A stretch of DNA of 64,000 bases from Callorhinchus milii (taxonomy: Eukaryota): NCBI RefSeq assembly GCF_018977255.1, contig NW_024704742.1, positions 131,070,001 to 131,134,000 of the forward strand. The letters are read 5' to 3'. Below, piece after piece: positions 24,253 to 37,354 of this stretch. The number at the start of each line of letters is the position of its first letter. The first letter of the stretch is position 1. Below the pieces are notes generated by a model that did no database searches, was not told the origin of the DNA, and was given only the letters and a program-made list of their open reading frames with translations. The translations under genes were made by a program, and so were the position numbers.

Positions 24253-24649
24253 TACATCTTTGTCATAAGATATAAGATCTCGCCGAATCGTAGAAAAATT
24301 GTTGAATTCAGTCTTAATTCGAAAACCGACTACCCACCGTTCTTAAAACGTCTATTAGTCATGTGGCCCAACTGATATAAAACAATAATAATTTTAATAG
24401 TGTAAAAAGGGCCCAGGAAAAGAGCAGAGACAAGGGATTACAACAACAGCAACAACTTGGATTTGTATAGCGCCCACCACGCCGGACGGCGTCTCAGAGC
24501 GCTTAGAAAAATTAGTTCCAGTAGAGGACCTCATGCCACAAAAGGTTATATGATAATGCTTGTGTTTGATACCATGCCTTAGATTATAACTGATCAAAAG
24601 GTCTCAAAGCATTTCACAAGATCTTCACTGTCTTTTTACTGGATTAAAA

Positions 24650-25150
24650 ATAATCCTTACATTTAATATAGCACCTCTCATGTCGGGAGCACATGTCAAA
24701 GTACCTCACAGGATTCACTATGAAGTGTGGTGACCGTGTATTTTGTTGGTGAACATGGCAGTTAATTTGTGCACAGCAATGTCCCATGAACAGCCATGAA
24801 ATAAGTGAAGAACTAATTTTGTCAGAAGAATTGTTGGCCAGGATACCAGGAGAAACCTCTTTCTCTTTTTCGATAATGTCACAGGATCTTTAACGTCCAC
24901 CTGAACAGGCAGTTGGGAGCTCAGTTTAAAGTCTTATATGAAGGCAAGGATGACAATACAGCACTCCCAATTGGAATTGAGGTACAGATCGGCCATGATC
25001 TATAGAATGGCGGAACAGGCTCAGGGGGCTGAATGGTCTACTCCTGTTCCTGTGCTCCTGTGTTCCTTCCACCAGCAATGCACTGGACTGTCAGCACAGA
25101 CTAGGAGCTCTAAGATTCAATGTGGGGTTTGACCCGAGATCCATCTGACT
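24650..25150 (-). mobile_element. SINE-B with a CR1 3' UTR inserted (24965-25065, + strand)
   Basis: Deu domain on the minus strand. Insert GAATGGCGGAACAGGCTCAGGGGGCTGAATGGTCTACTCCTGTTCCT. Confidence 0.8.
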
Positions 25151-26009
25151 TGGGAGTGGGAGGGGAGTTGACCGTTCGCACGGTCGAAAAAGAAAGCTTT
25201 TAGGCGGGACTTGAAAAAGGGGAGAGAGGGGGCAAGGCGGCGGGATTGAAGCAGAGTGTTCCGGAGTTAAACAAGCCCCCAATATACAACTCTATACAAT
25301 CTACCCATCTAATTACGACACTGCCTCTTATTTTGAGGAACGAAATAAAGCCTAGTGGCCAAGGGAGGAGGGGAAAAAACACAACAGTGACACTCCACTG
25401 CATATGGGGTGGGTTCCAAACTCAAAACTGCATCGGGGGGAACAGAAGATCAGTTAACACTACAATGCCACACTGCAGCTCCCAGTACTGCAACCATGTC
25501 AAATCTGTTCTACTGGGCAGGGACCATGCAAATTCTTTGTTCTTTTCTTCAATGGTGTGAAATTACTGTAGCTGTTAGGGTTATTCATCTGACAGGGTTA
25601 TGGAAACTGCACGAGACTCCGTAATGCCCCTGCTCTTAATTTAAACACACGCTGGGCCATTTGAAAAAAATCTGTAATGGACACTACTGTCAAAGCTCTT
25701 CGGAGATACAGCATTTAGAAACCACTAACATAGACCCAAGGGACCTATTTACTACTTGAACCTATACAGTAAATGTAATTTGTTTTAATTATGATGATAG
25801 GTTATTGTACAATAGACATTGTGCTGCCCGCAATTACAAAGTAAGAAAAGACAGTGAGTTATAACATTACGGCAGCCTTTGGTAACGATTTCAGAACTAA
25901 TCCCCTCTTCAACTTAGCATGCGAGTGCTTACTGCCTGTCGATGTGTGGCACTGTTGTGTTTGGGCCACACATTGTCAGGCAAGGATGCTGTTTGTATGC
26001 CTGTGTGTA

Positions 26010-26200
26010 AGAAACAAATTGCACTTATATATCGTCCTTCACGTGGGGCAACGTTCGGAGTGCTTAACAGTGGAGGAACTGTGGGGTGGGAGGAGGTGAC
26101 TGTAGGCACAGTTGAAAAGTAAGGTCGTCAGTCATGATCTAAAAGAGGGGAAGGAGGGGACAAGGAGAAGGGAAGGGGGAGAGAGTTATACAGGAACCAT
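26010..26200 (-). mobile_element. L2 3' end fragment
   Basis: TTGCACTTATATATCGTCCTTCACGTGGGG tail. Confidence 0.7.
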
Positions 26201-26944
26201 CATATTGTAAAGTGGAGTGGGAGTGACTGTGGGACAATTCTGTAGTCTTGGGGAATGGATATCTGGTGTTGAGTGAAATGTGCTGTTACCCACTGGTTAA
26301 TACACTGGAATCCTGTGAATTGGAAATGCCCTTGTAGGAATTAGATAATCCCATTTATCAGATCATTTCCATTAAGCAAACCTCATTAGTATTGATTTAA
26401 ACACACTGGGGTCAACAATTAGTGTCTGAATAAAACGCTGCACCCATTAGCCACTTACTTCCCCATTACTTAATATCTGATGCATTTCCGTGGGTTACAT
26501 AAGCTCTCTTGGAGCTAGGTACAGGCAATGAGCCACAACTGGGTCCAAGGGACATTAGCCAGCTTCAAGATGTTCATCCTATGTAAAGGGTCCTATATAA
26601 TTGTCAACGGTTTGGGAAAATGTGATTATTAAATAACTATCTACGTATTCCTGTGCCTAACCTCTGGAATTCTCCCTCTACTCCCCTCCATCTCGCCCCC
26701 TCTCTTTATCTGTCTCGCCTTAAAACCTAACCTGGCTCTTTGACCACGCTGGGAGAAAGTGGGGGAGAGTTGATTGGGAAGAGAAGTATGTGTAGAAAAC
26801 ACCAATATGTTTTTTCCCGGACTGATGTACCAGCGTTGAAACAAGACACAATAATAATTCTCGTGGCAGTTCGTTTCTGATGGAAGGAAGAGAAGTGTGA
26901 TTTGTGTCTTTGAAGCCATACCATTGGAAGGTTCAGGGAGTTTC

Positions 26945-27093
26945 AATAATAATAATTTGCTCACTCGATCCATGACTGTTTGTGGGACACTGCGGTGCAC
27001 AATTGGCTGCCACGTTTCACCCACAAAATATAGCGCTTTGAGATGTCTTGAAGAGGTGATAAGATGCTATATCAAATGCAAGGATTATTATTA
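26945..27093 (+). mobile_element. SINE-A 3' fragment
   Basis: Deu 3' part plus (ATT)n tail. Confidence 0.78.
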
Positions 27094-27584
27094 GAGGTGC
27101 ACTCATAACAGACCACTGTCTCTGACTGATTGATTGACTGACTTTCCTGTCTGACTGTAGTGGTGCTCCACCACTGTCAAGCGCTCTGGGATGCTACCCT
27201 GCATGAGGGACGCTATATAAATGCAAGTTATTCTTGGCTGTCTGTCCTACTGATTAACTAATTGTCTGACTAACTTACTAACTAACTAACTAACTGACTT
27301 TCTGTTGACTGTCTGATTGTCTGTCTGACTGACTCCGCTCATTTGATTTATCATTTAATTTGGATGAAAAGGATGAGCCACGTTTGTTCCAAAACATGCT
27401 GCTGTGATCTCGAAGGTGTCAAGTCATTTTGAAATGGTCTCTCTTGTGACAACCGCAGCTGAATTCCCCAACATAGAAATAGAAATTTTAGGATAGAAAT
27501 ATTACTTCATTATATTGATTTTGGCAGGCTTAGACTGTTCTTAAAATTGGTAGTTTTCACTGTGAAAATATATTTTTAAATTTG

Positions 27585-28085
27585 TTAGCCCGGCTCAGCT
27601 GGTAGCACACTCGCCTTTCTGTCAGAGAAGGCTTTAAGTTCAAGCCCCACATTGGGACTTTGAACTCAGAAGTCCATGCCCCAGCTCGGTGTCAGCCTCC
27701 GCCAATGTTAAGCGCACCGAGATGCTGCCCTGCATGAAGGACACTATATAAATGCAAGTTGTTATTGTTACTCCAACGCAGTGTCTGAGGTTCACTGCAT
27801 TGTTGGAGGTGCTGTCCTTCGAATTAGCTGTTAAACTAAGGCCCCGTCTGCCTGTTCAGGTGGACATTAAAGATCCCATGGCACTGTTTGAAAAGAAAAA
27901 GGAGTTTTTCCCCTGTGTCCTGGTCAACAAACCCCTGGATAAAAATTGATCATTCACTCTATAGCCATTTGTGGGACATTGTGCTGTGCACTCTGGCTGC
28001 TGTGTTCACCCACAAAATATACCTTACAATATATCCTGCGAAGCTCTTTGGGACGTCTTCCTGATGTGAAGACGCAAGTATTATT
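27585..28085 (+). mobile_element. SINE-B with an L2 tail inserted (about 27680-27770)
   Basis: Head GGCTCAGCTGGTAGCACACTCGCC. Insert ends GCATGAAGGACACTATATAAATGCAAGTTGTTATTG. Confidence 0.8.
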
Positions 28086-29099
28086 ACATCACAACAGTGA
28101 ACAACAATTGAATTCAGAAAGTGTTCAAAACGTGTAATAATCATACAGGATTTTACTGCCAAAAAGTGTCTGTGATGATGGGACTTGTTATCTGACAATA
28201 GGAAAGAGTGATTATTTTTAAAAAGGGTTTGGTGTGATCGGAATATCAACCTCTGTTGTTTTAAGAGATTTCAGTGTTTGATAGTTTGTCTGTGCTTTTG
28301 CCAGACCCCTTTATAATATAAGACAAGGAGCCCTGTTGCACATTGCCCAGATGGAGAGTGATAGCTGGTTCAGAGTTTGCTACTGGGCTTTGGTAAAGTC
28401 AGATTCAGATGAGGACGTAAACCTTGCAGTGATTTATGAAGTCAACTGAGTCCAGAGGTTGTGTTACATAACACAATCCAAGGCAGCTGTTGTTTATTAC
28501 GTGCACCATTTATTTTATACCTGAAACAAAAATAAGCTTAAATCGAAAACTTACCATGTATCCCTGGGGTCAGTGACAGCCGCCATGTGACTGGCATAGC
28601 AAAGAACCATATAAAGGGATCTATATAATAATAATAATCCTTGCATCGGGAATAGCTCCTTTCACATCCGGAAGATGTCCCAAAGTGCTTCGCAGCATTT
28701 TACTGTGAAGTGGAGTGACTGTTTTTGTAGATGAGCTCAGCAGCCCAATTGTGCACAGCAATGTCCCGCCACTTATGTGAAACGAATGACCAATTTTACT
28801 TGGGGGATAGCTGGCCAGACACCGGGAGAAACTCCCTTCTCTTCTACTTACTCTGAAGGAAGCAATCTCAGGGCTCTTCTCGCACATAGTTGGCACACAG
28901 AGAATTTGTTTCGTTGAAGCTATGGGCTGTTTGCAGTTGCAGGAGGGAATGGAGGATGGCGAGTATTTAGCAGACATACTATGTGCTGACCAACTAGTGA
29001 CTATTTCCCCTGGTGGTGATGGGGCAGGGGGAAGCAATTGAGATTTTCTTAGAGATAAACTGCCAACAAAATGTTGGAATTGAGTCACTCCCCTGTGGG

Positions 29100-29740
29100 T
29101 GTCTCAGTAGTAGTTTCTGAGCCAGGCAGGTCCATATGTACTCCAAGGCACTGGTGATGACAGACCACTTTAGTTCATTAGAACTTGGAAGGTCATTGGG
29201 ATATTTCTAACTTGGCTCTGTTAACTCTGCCAAAGCCCTAATAAGTAGGATGGTCCTAGTCGGACAAGCAGCGTGAGGCTTGCCAGACAACAACAACTTA
29301 CATTTATATAGTGCCCCTCACGCAGTATAGATTTCCAGAGCACTTGGCAGTGGTAGACACAACGCCGAGCTGGGGGGAGGGGGTAGGTGACCGTAGGCAC
29401 GTTCGAATAGGAAGGTCTTCGGACGTGATCCGAAGATGGGGAAGGACCAGCCTTCGCCACTGAAAGATAGTGCTGTCAGTGCTATGAGGTTTTAGCTGGC
29501 TAAATTCCAGCATCACTCTGGGGTCCCCAAGCCTTGGTTCTTGCTAACCTGTGCTTAAAACTCTCTGGAATTGGGTAAGCAGGGTGCATCCCTCTGGGGA
29601 GAGAGCACACATTCCATCTGGACCACACATGGGGAAATTTCCACGTGTCAATGTAATACACGGAACTCTCCGTTTGGTTTGGATACTCTTGAGCATGTTG
29701 CTGGGTTTCGGGTGTGTCAGACACCCAGCTGTCCCACAGA
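29100..29740 (-). repeat. Family C copy, interrupted by an L2 3' end (29287-29460)
   Basis: Reverse complement of the motifs at 19362-20060 (GTTAAC..CCAAAGCCCTAA..GTAGGATGGTCCTAG; GGGGTCCCCAAGCCTTGG; GGATACTCTTGAGCATG). Confidence 0.8.
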
Positions 29741-30344
29741 AACACACACTGTGCGCAGAAGAAGAGCATGGGATTGATTTATTTCTCCTTTCTAAAGTGT
29801 TAAAATAGCCTCAGCATGTGGCTCACGGTGCCCAAAACAGCTAAAAAGCTACAGATGTGCTTCTCTGACAAGGTCACAAGTAATACTTTCAACACAGTTG
29901 GTCCTATTAAAATATTCGTATTTCCGCATGGTTTGTGCCACATTTAGTCACCATGAATGGGTTTTGTCAGACAACCATTTTATGCCATTTTGCAATTTGA
30001 CAGCTTCCCGGAGAACTACTGTAAATCTCATAAATTCCACGACAGCTCAGTTTCCTCTCGAACCAAATTCTTTCTCCCGGAGTTGGATTCAATTTCTGAA
30101 ACATTCTGATGTGTTCTCGACTTTCATTCTCATGGAAAAAAAACATTGCATGTAAAATGCCCTGCCAAGTAAAATGGTAAAGGCAGAGTCCATTGTGGGT
30201 TTCAAGGGAATAAGTAAGACACCAGGTATATTATAATAATAATGATGATCCTTGCATTTGATCCTCATGTTTAGCTACAAATACACAGGCACTACACTTC
30301 ACAGTAAAAATCAGTGAAGCGCTTTGAGATGACGTGATAACAAT

Positions 30345-30708
30345 AGTAAGAATAATAATCCTGGCATTTGATATAGTGCTTTTCACATCTTCGAGACGAC
30401 GACGACAACAACAACAAGATTGCATTTATAGAGTGCCTTTCACGTCGTCTCAAAGCGCTTCACAAATATACTGTAAAGTGAATTGACTGTTTATTTGTGG
30501 GCGAAACGCAGCAGCCAATTGCGCACAGCAGTATCCCACAAACAGTCGTGGATTGAATTGATCAATTTATTATTGTTTTTTTTCTTGAGGGATTATTATC
30601 AGGCGTGTGGAGTAAGGAACATTACCCAAACTTTTGCCCTGCCAGGAATTGAACCCAGGTCTCTTGCTTGTGAGGCAAGTGATCCAACCACTGAGCCTCA
30701 GGATTCCA
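30345..30708 (-). mobile_element. SINE-A, short subfamily, with an L2 tail inserted in its tail (30395-30445)
   Basis: SINE tail is split at CGAGACG | (AAC)n..TTTCACGTC | GTCTCAAAGCGC. Confidence 0.85.
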
Positions 30709-31039
30709 CAATCAAGTTGTGGCTAAATACTTTGGTCTGAACTTAATTATTTAATTAATTAATTAAGGTGCCTTATCAACTGCAAGGAATATTATTATTA
30801 TTACTTGTTATTATATAATTGAGGAATCTGACTGGAGATTTCTTCTGGTACCTGGAAATATGTCACCCACATCAGTCCGACTCAAGCAACCCCTCCACCC
30901 CAACTCTGAAAATAAATTGAGTTGGAGTGTTACAGTGTCAAGAATATTGGGAATTCTTAAGGCATTCCTCAAGCACCATGGAAGTGTACATTACAGGTGG
31001 TGTTTGCTCCTCTAAGAAGCTTTCCATCCAAATCCTTTT

Positions 31040-31190
31040 TTTTGGTCAGCCAGGTGTCTGACACACGCAGAAACCTATTGCCATGCTTAAGAGTATCCAA
31101 CCTATACGTAGACATTTCAGAGATATTTATTGGAATGGAATTTACACTCTCTCCCTGGAGGGTCACATCCTGCTTACCTAATTATCCAAG
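31040..31190 (+). repeat. Family C fragment
   Basis: GGTCAGCCAGGTGTCTGACACACGCAGAAACCTATTGCCATGCTTAAGAGTATCCAACC. Confidence 0.75.
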
Positions 31191-31199
31191 TTCCAACTC

Positions 31200-31880
31200 C
31201 TAGCTCTTTCCCCATACCCTCTAATAACCTTTGTCTGCATGTGTTTGTCCAATTCCATTCTAAACGTCCCATTTAACTCTTCTTGAACAGCCACCCCCCC
31301 CGGCAAATCATTTCACCCCAGGCTCTCTTCATTTCTCTTTCTTATTCGACTTGGCATGCTCCAGTCCTCGGTGACAACCTCAGGGGTTGATAGACTTCTG
31401 ACATAAGATAGATAGAGCCTGTATTATTTCATCATTGACCTGAATGCATCCCACCGTGACCTGAAGATTTACCCACTTTAAGCCCTATTAAACCCCTTTA
31501 TAATAATAATCCTTGCATTTGATGTAGCACTTTTCACATCTTCTCAAAGTCTCAAAGTGCTTCACAGAATAGACTATCTTTATCACCATCTCCTTTTAAA
31601 ACTCTGCATCTCTATCTTGTCTCTTTCTCCCTATTCCCTTCTGCTATTCCCACATTACCACCCCCTCTGCAAATACTGAGGCAAGATATTTATTAAGCAA
31701 TTTTGCCATCAGTTTATGATCAGCATATTACCTTCCTCTTCTCTTTTCTCTTTCTAAAGACATCAGTCACTCTCCAGTCCTCGGAGACAACCACCTACAT
31801 CTGCTGGTCTCTGGAACATGACAGTCAGAAGCTCTATTATCTCATCATTGACGTCCCTCAGGATTTTTAGATACCCTCAA
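31200..31880 (-). mobile_element. Old degraded CR1 fragments
   Basis: CCCATACCCTCTAATAACC..TCCAATTCC..TAAA 3' signature and TTATTAAGCAATTTTGCCAT. Interrupted by a SINE tail. Confidence 0.5.
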
Positions 31881-31954
31881 CCTGGCCCCAGTGCCGGTCA
31901 AGATGGAGTTCTGCTTTGCAAATGGAGGTCTATTGGGCTGGTGTGGGAGGATAG

Positions 31955-32145
31955 CCCTTTACATTTGTAAAGCGCCTTTCACGTCAGGAGGACGATCCAA
32001 AGTGCTGAACAGTCAGGTATCAGGACCTGGACTTGGGGGTCAGGGTTGGCATGAGGGAGGGCAGAGAGGTGGGAGGGCGGCTGAAAGCACGGCCGAAAAG
32101 GAGGGTCTTAAGTTGTGCCTTGAAGGAGGCAAGGGAGGGAGATTC
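31955..32145 (-). mobile_element. L2 3' end fragment
   Basis: TTACATTTGTAAAGCGCCTTTCACGTCAGGAGGA tail. Confidence 0.75.
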
Positions 32146-32789
32146 AGATGTAAATCTCCAGCCTGGTAGCTACTGGGACACCCGAGCAATGATTTTCAAT
32201 GACAAGAGGTGAAAGCTCTGCCTATTTACCCGGCCTGATCATTTCATTGATTGCTCTTGTAGCTGTTTATCTTGCTTGATGCTGAACAGGTCCATTCATT
32301 CACAATCCAACTCAATTACTATCTCCCACATGTGTGCCTTTTTTACACTCAGTAATAAAGAGACCAATCTCTCCTCCAGTTCCTCGCATACTATTAGGAG
32401 CCGTCATGAAGTCTTCTCGTTCTCTCTCTCTTGCGCAGTCTTTAAAGAAGATAAAGAGAACTTTATTTTGAAGCCAGGACAACAGGGAGCTTTTTTGAAG
32501 AGCGAGATATAAACAGCTCACATCTGAGCTTTAATAACACGTTACTCTGTATTATTTATATTGTACGTGTACTTTGTAAACTGCATTTTATATGCCTATA
32601 AATATGGATGCATTTGACTTCAGGCAAATTCAGACACAACTTAGCACTGATAACTGCTAGACTGATCCCAACTACAAACAGACATCAGTAAATTGCACCA
32701 GGTTCCCTGGACAATAAGAGAGGTGTGAGCATGAGCTATAGAATCCATAAGTTACTTTTCTTTCCCTCTTGTAGTTTTTCAACTAGGCT

Positions 32790-33550
32790 GTTTCTACGCA
32801 CTAGTGAGCCCAAAGTGAGGGGCATTAATATGAGACATTCAGTAGAGGACCTAAAGGGAGTTTAGGAGGAACTTATTCAGACAGAAGGTGGTGAGAGTGT
32901 GGAACTCACTGCTGGAAGCTTTGACTCAAGCAAAAAGCATTAATATATTTAAGAGGAAATTTGCACACCTGAGGGAGAAGGGAATAGAGGGATACAAGAG
33001 ACGGGGAATAGGAGGGGTGGGGGTTGTTTTCAAATCACTTAATTCCCTCCTTCCTACCTATTTGACTCACTCCACCACCCGCTGCCTCCGGTCTCCTAAT
33101 TGTCCCATGTGCCCTCCGTTCCACCATCGGAAGCCTTCAGCCACTAAGCCCCGAAACTCTAGAACTCTCTCCCTCAATCCCTCTGCCCTGCTCCCTCCCC
33201 ACCTTCAAATCCCCCCTAAAGATCTTCCTTTTTGATCGTGTTTACGGTCACCTCCCCCCTCCCTCTCCCCTTGGCTCGTTGTCAGACTCTGCCACTGTTA
33301 AGCACTCTGGGACGCTACCCTGCATGAAGGATGCTATATAAATGTTGAGAATGTGGAACTCACTGCCAGAAGCTGTGACTGAAGTAAAATGCATTAACAT
33401 ATTTAAGAGGAAACTTGATGTACACCTGAGGGCAAAGGGAATAAAGGGGCATAGGAGAGGGGGAATAGGAGGAGTGGTGGCTCGTGTGGAGTATAAACAG
33501 CAACACGGGCTAGTTGGTCGATCGGCTGTATCACTCTACGTAACTTTATA
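32790..33550 (+). mobile_element. Two CR1 3' segments flanking an L2 3' fragment (33025-33345)
   Basis: VVRVWNSL...SINIFKRK and LRMWNSLPEAV...INIFKRKLD..L..KGIKG. The L2 piece ends GCATGAAGGATGCTATATAAATG. Confidence 0.82.
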
Positions 33551-34039
33551 CTAATTTTTTTTAAGTGAACATTGTGGCGTGAGAATCATCTGAAGTCTCA
33601 ATTCGTGATTGATTTCCACGACTATCTTCCTCGGGGTGAATCTCAATCAAATGTTAATGCATTAAAACAAAGCATAGTTTGAGTCAGAAGAGGTCATGGA
33701 CAGATGCTTCAAAAGTTTTTTTTCTGTGTAATGTCTTACGCCTCTTTCTTGTCTTTTTCTATCTTATCAATGCTACCATAATTCGCTGCTCCTCCGAGCT
33801 TCCCTCCCTTATTCCTCCCCAGTCACTGAGAAGTGGGGTGGGGGGTGTTGAGGAAGAGGAGGAGGAGGGCTGTCTAATTTGCAGTATTTTTCAGCCAGAT
33901 TTCTTGTTAAGAAATGTATCATTATCGAATGTGTTGCAGAGGAAAGTGCTGCAGAACTGCAATAACTCCACATGTTAATGAAGAAATCTGTTGGGAAATA
34001 AAGGGTGCTCTCCAATAACCCCCAATCTCCTCACCCCTC

Positions 34040-34630
34040 ACCTCGCAAGCGAGGGACCTGGGTTTGATTCCTGGGAAGGGCGAAACTTTAGGCAAGTTTC
34101 CTTACTCCACACGCCCCTGTTTACTTAGCAATAAACAGGAACCCAGTTGTCAGTCAATTGTCAGATTGCTTTTCTGGGGATAACAATAATAATCCTTGCA
34201 TTTGATATAGCGCTTTTCACGTCTTCGAGACGTCTGAAAGCGCTTCACAGAATATACAGTAAAGTGAATTGACTGTATATTTATGGGCGAAACACGGCAG
34301 CCAATTGTGCACAGCAATGTCCCACAAACAGTCATGGATTGAAATGACCAATTTATTATTGTTTTTTTTTCTTGAGGGATTATTATCAGGTGTGTGGAGT
34401 AAGGAAACTTGCCCAAGGTTTCACCCTGCTGGGAATCAAACCCAGGTCTCTCACTTGTGAGGGGAGTGCTCTAACCACTGAGTTACAGGACTCCACGAAA
34501 ATAGGGTAATAATCCTTTCAAAAAAATAATAATTTGGTCATGGAATCCATGACTGTTAATTCACTTTACAGTATATTTTGTGAAGCACTTGAGGTGTCTC
34601 GAAGACATGATGAAGTGCTATATCAAATGA
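34040..34630 (+). mobile_element. SINE-A, long subfamily, host of an antisense SINE-A
   Basis: CCTCGCAAGCGAGGGACCTGGGTTTGATTCC head, long block to CTGGGGATAA, resuming at GGTAATAATCCTTT (about 34505). Confidence 0.8.
34180..34496 (-). mobile_element. SINE-A, short subfamily, full length, nested in a long-subfamily copy
   Basis: Complete head to tail. The nesting shows the short form is younger. Confidence 0.9.
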
Positions 34631-35049
34631 ATAATAAATAATAATCCTTGACGTTGATATAGTGCCTTATCGCGTTATTGAGACGTCTCAAAGTGCTTCC
34701 ACTGTAAAGTGAATGGACTGTAACTTTTGTGGGTGAAACGTGGCAGCACATTGGGTGAAATTGCGCACAGTGTCCCACAAACATTTGTGGTTTGAGTGAC
34801 CAAATTATTATTTGATTACTTATATGGGGAAAAGGGCAGGTAAATGGGACTGAAAAGATTGCTATTGAGGGAGCCGGCACAGACACGATGGGTCGAATGG
34901 CCTTCTTCTGTGCCGTAAATTACTATAGTTCTACGCCCAGCACTTCTCTGGAGGGGTCAGCCTGGACTATATGAGTTCTAAGCCCAACATCGGGCTTCAA
35001 CCTTCTGACTCAGAGGCAAGTGTGCTACCAACTGAGCCAGGCTGACCAA

Positions 35050-36070
35050 ATGCAATTGCTCTTCACTGTCACCGACAAATGATTTCCTTCCGTGCTTAGA
35101 ATGAAAAATCCTTTCATAAGCCCAGATTTAAATGTTTTTATGGTGTGAGTTCAAGCCTGCCCGACAGGGCCCAATGCTGAGCCAGAATCAAGGGAGCTGT
35201 ATCCTGAGCTATGTTGTGCGGGAGCTGACAGTGTTTGATGCTGACAGGAGTCAAAAGTGGGAAAATATTTATTTTTCTGAGCTGACATATCTCCCGACAA
35301 GTAAGGAAATATCCATCTCCGTATTACTCATTTTTAATGCTCTAGTGTATATTTTCCAACAATAAATTTGACTTCAGAGAAATGCAAAGAATGCGACTGT
35401 CAATTAAAGCCTTGATTCTTCTCTCTGCTGTCTGACATCGGAATTTATCAGAGCAAATGCTCTCACGTCGACCTGACCTCCAGCTTGCAGATGTTTTGCT
35501 GAGCAGAAAACAGAACATAATATGAATGAGCTTTCCCCATCCCCCCCCCCAGCAAATATAAATCCTGCAGAATGCATTCCGTTCTGAAATCCTCGAGGAT
35601 TTTACAGAATTCTAACAGTTGCTTCTATTTTAGAAACCCGAATCCTATTAGAATTGCAGATCAATTCAGATTTTTTTTTGATATGTGTTTCGTCGGATGC
35701 GATGCAAACTTTTCCCCTCGGGCGGTTTCTCCCTGTTGTGGGGACTTGTCTTGGGAAAAAGGGAGAAATGCCAAAAGAGTCACATCAGCAAATTTATCTT
35801 CCTTGTTGGCACCGTGATATGCTTCTGCCTCTCACTGTGTGGCTCTGATTTGCTTTTGCTGTGTTTTTTCCCCCCCTTCAGCCAGGCCGTAATTGCTGAA
35901 CAATTCCAAAAATATTCTAATTACAGTAAACACACTTGCAATTTTAGACATCAGCTGTTCATCAATTCTCTGTGCAGCAGATCTGTTCTTAGCATGGGAC
36001 AGGTCGATCTTACATCTCATCCCCCACTCCCTCCCTCCCCAATTATACTATATGCAATAATCAATACTAA
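35050..36070. promoter_or_regulatory. About 1-kb repeat-free island, candidate regulatory/conserved element
   Basis: No SINE/LINE similarity in an otherwise repeat-saturated window. TGTCA/TGACA (TALE) and TAATT words. Confidence 0.3.
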
Positions 36071-36074
36071 ACAA

Positions 36075-36300
36075 TAATCGATTGTTAGTCGATTGGTGGA
36101 CCACTTTTCCAGGGGTAATAATCTCTTCAAAAAAAATAATAATCATTGATTATGGGACACTGAGGCTTCACACAATTGACTGCTATGTTTTGCCCACTAA
36201 ATATACAGTCAATTCACTTTACACTATATTCTGTGAAGCGCTTTGAAGATGTCTCAATGACGTGATAAGACGCGATATCAAATGCAAGGATTATTATTAT
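36075..36300 (+). mobile_element. SINE-A, long subfamily, 3' part
   Basis: TTGTTAGTCGATTGGTGGACCACTTTTCCAGGGGTAATAATC...tail. Confidence 0.78.
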
Positions 36301-36690
36301 GATTTGCATTTGATACAGCCCCTCAAAGCACCTTCACCGGCAATTGTATTCCTTGCTGTTGTGTAAGTTTGTAGGTGAACACAGCAGCTGATTTGCACAT
36401 GACAAAGTCTTGCAAGCAGCCGTAGAGTGAATGATTGTTTTACCTGGCAGATTGTTGGGCTGGCCACAGGGAGAATTTCTTTTCTCTTTTCGAATATTAC
36501 CATGGGATCTTTAATGTTGTCCTAACCTAAGTTGAGCATCTCATCCAAAGGACGACACCTCTGACAATACAACCGTGCCCCTCTACTGGAATGGATTGTC
36601 AGCCTGGACTCTGAGCTCAAAGACCATGAGTGTTAAACCTACAGCCTTTTGATCCAAAAGTGAGAGTACTTCTAAATGTGCCAAATGCAA
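36295..36690 (-). mobile_element. SINE-B, degraded
   Basis: CATGGGATCTTTAATG...CATCTCATCCAAAGGACGACACCTCTGACAAT. Lies tail-to-tail with the preceding SINE. Confidence 0.75.
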
Positions 36691-37354
36691 TGCACTGCCA
36701 TTACAGCCACTTCATACTGACCCCTGACTCTAAACCTTGGGAGGGTGAAGGGGTAACGTCTAGTTCAACATGTCTCCTGACTGTCCCACAATGAGTCTTC
36801 CTCTGTTGTCTACTCATTTGCTAGTTGTCAACAGAAGCAATCAGAAGGGGAGGTGAAATCCATATCTGGGAAGATTAAGGAAGAATTGCCATCACTGGAT
36901 TCCAAACCCATTGACCAAGCCAAAGAAAATCAAGATAAAATATGGGCTGGCACTCTGTTGGTGATGTGTTGCATTTGTCTCAGGTTGGTTTGGAAGGACG
37001 CGGGAAAATTTATTACTTTGATGGGCCTGGAAAATAGCCAAACATAAAGCGACTGAAGTGTACCTTTAGGAACAGTTAGCATGTGCTCGATGGACGCCAA
37101 GTAGGACTTTGATTGACGTTCCCAACTTATAGTTTACTTAATGCTCATTGAGATTTCAATTTCCAGAGCTTCACAACATTTCTCCCAGGAAAGTAATGAA
37201 CATGGGCCCATTGCTGTCAGTGTACAGCATAAATAATATTATACTGTTTTTATTTCCAAGAGATTCAAATGGCTAAATCATACAATTTGGCTTTTCTGAG
37301 CACTGCAACTCAGAGGACTTCTTGTTTGAGCTTTAGTTGTATATTCTTCTAATC

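Noticed and set aside
28555..28620. Possible 66-nt minus-strand exon ending ATG|GTAAGT
   Set aside because: Acceptor lies in a SINE (ATT)n tail with no polypyrimidine tract. No recognisable protein.
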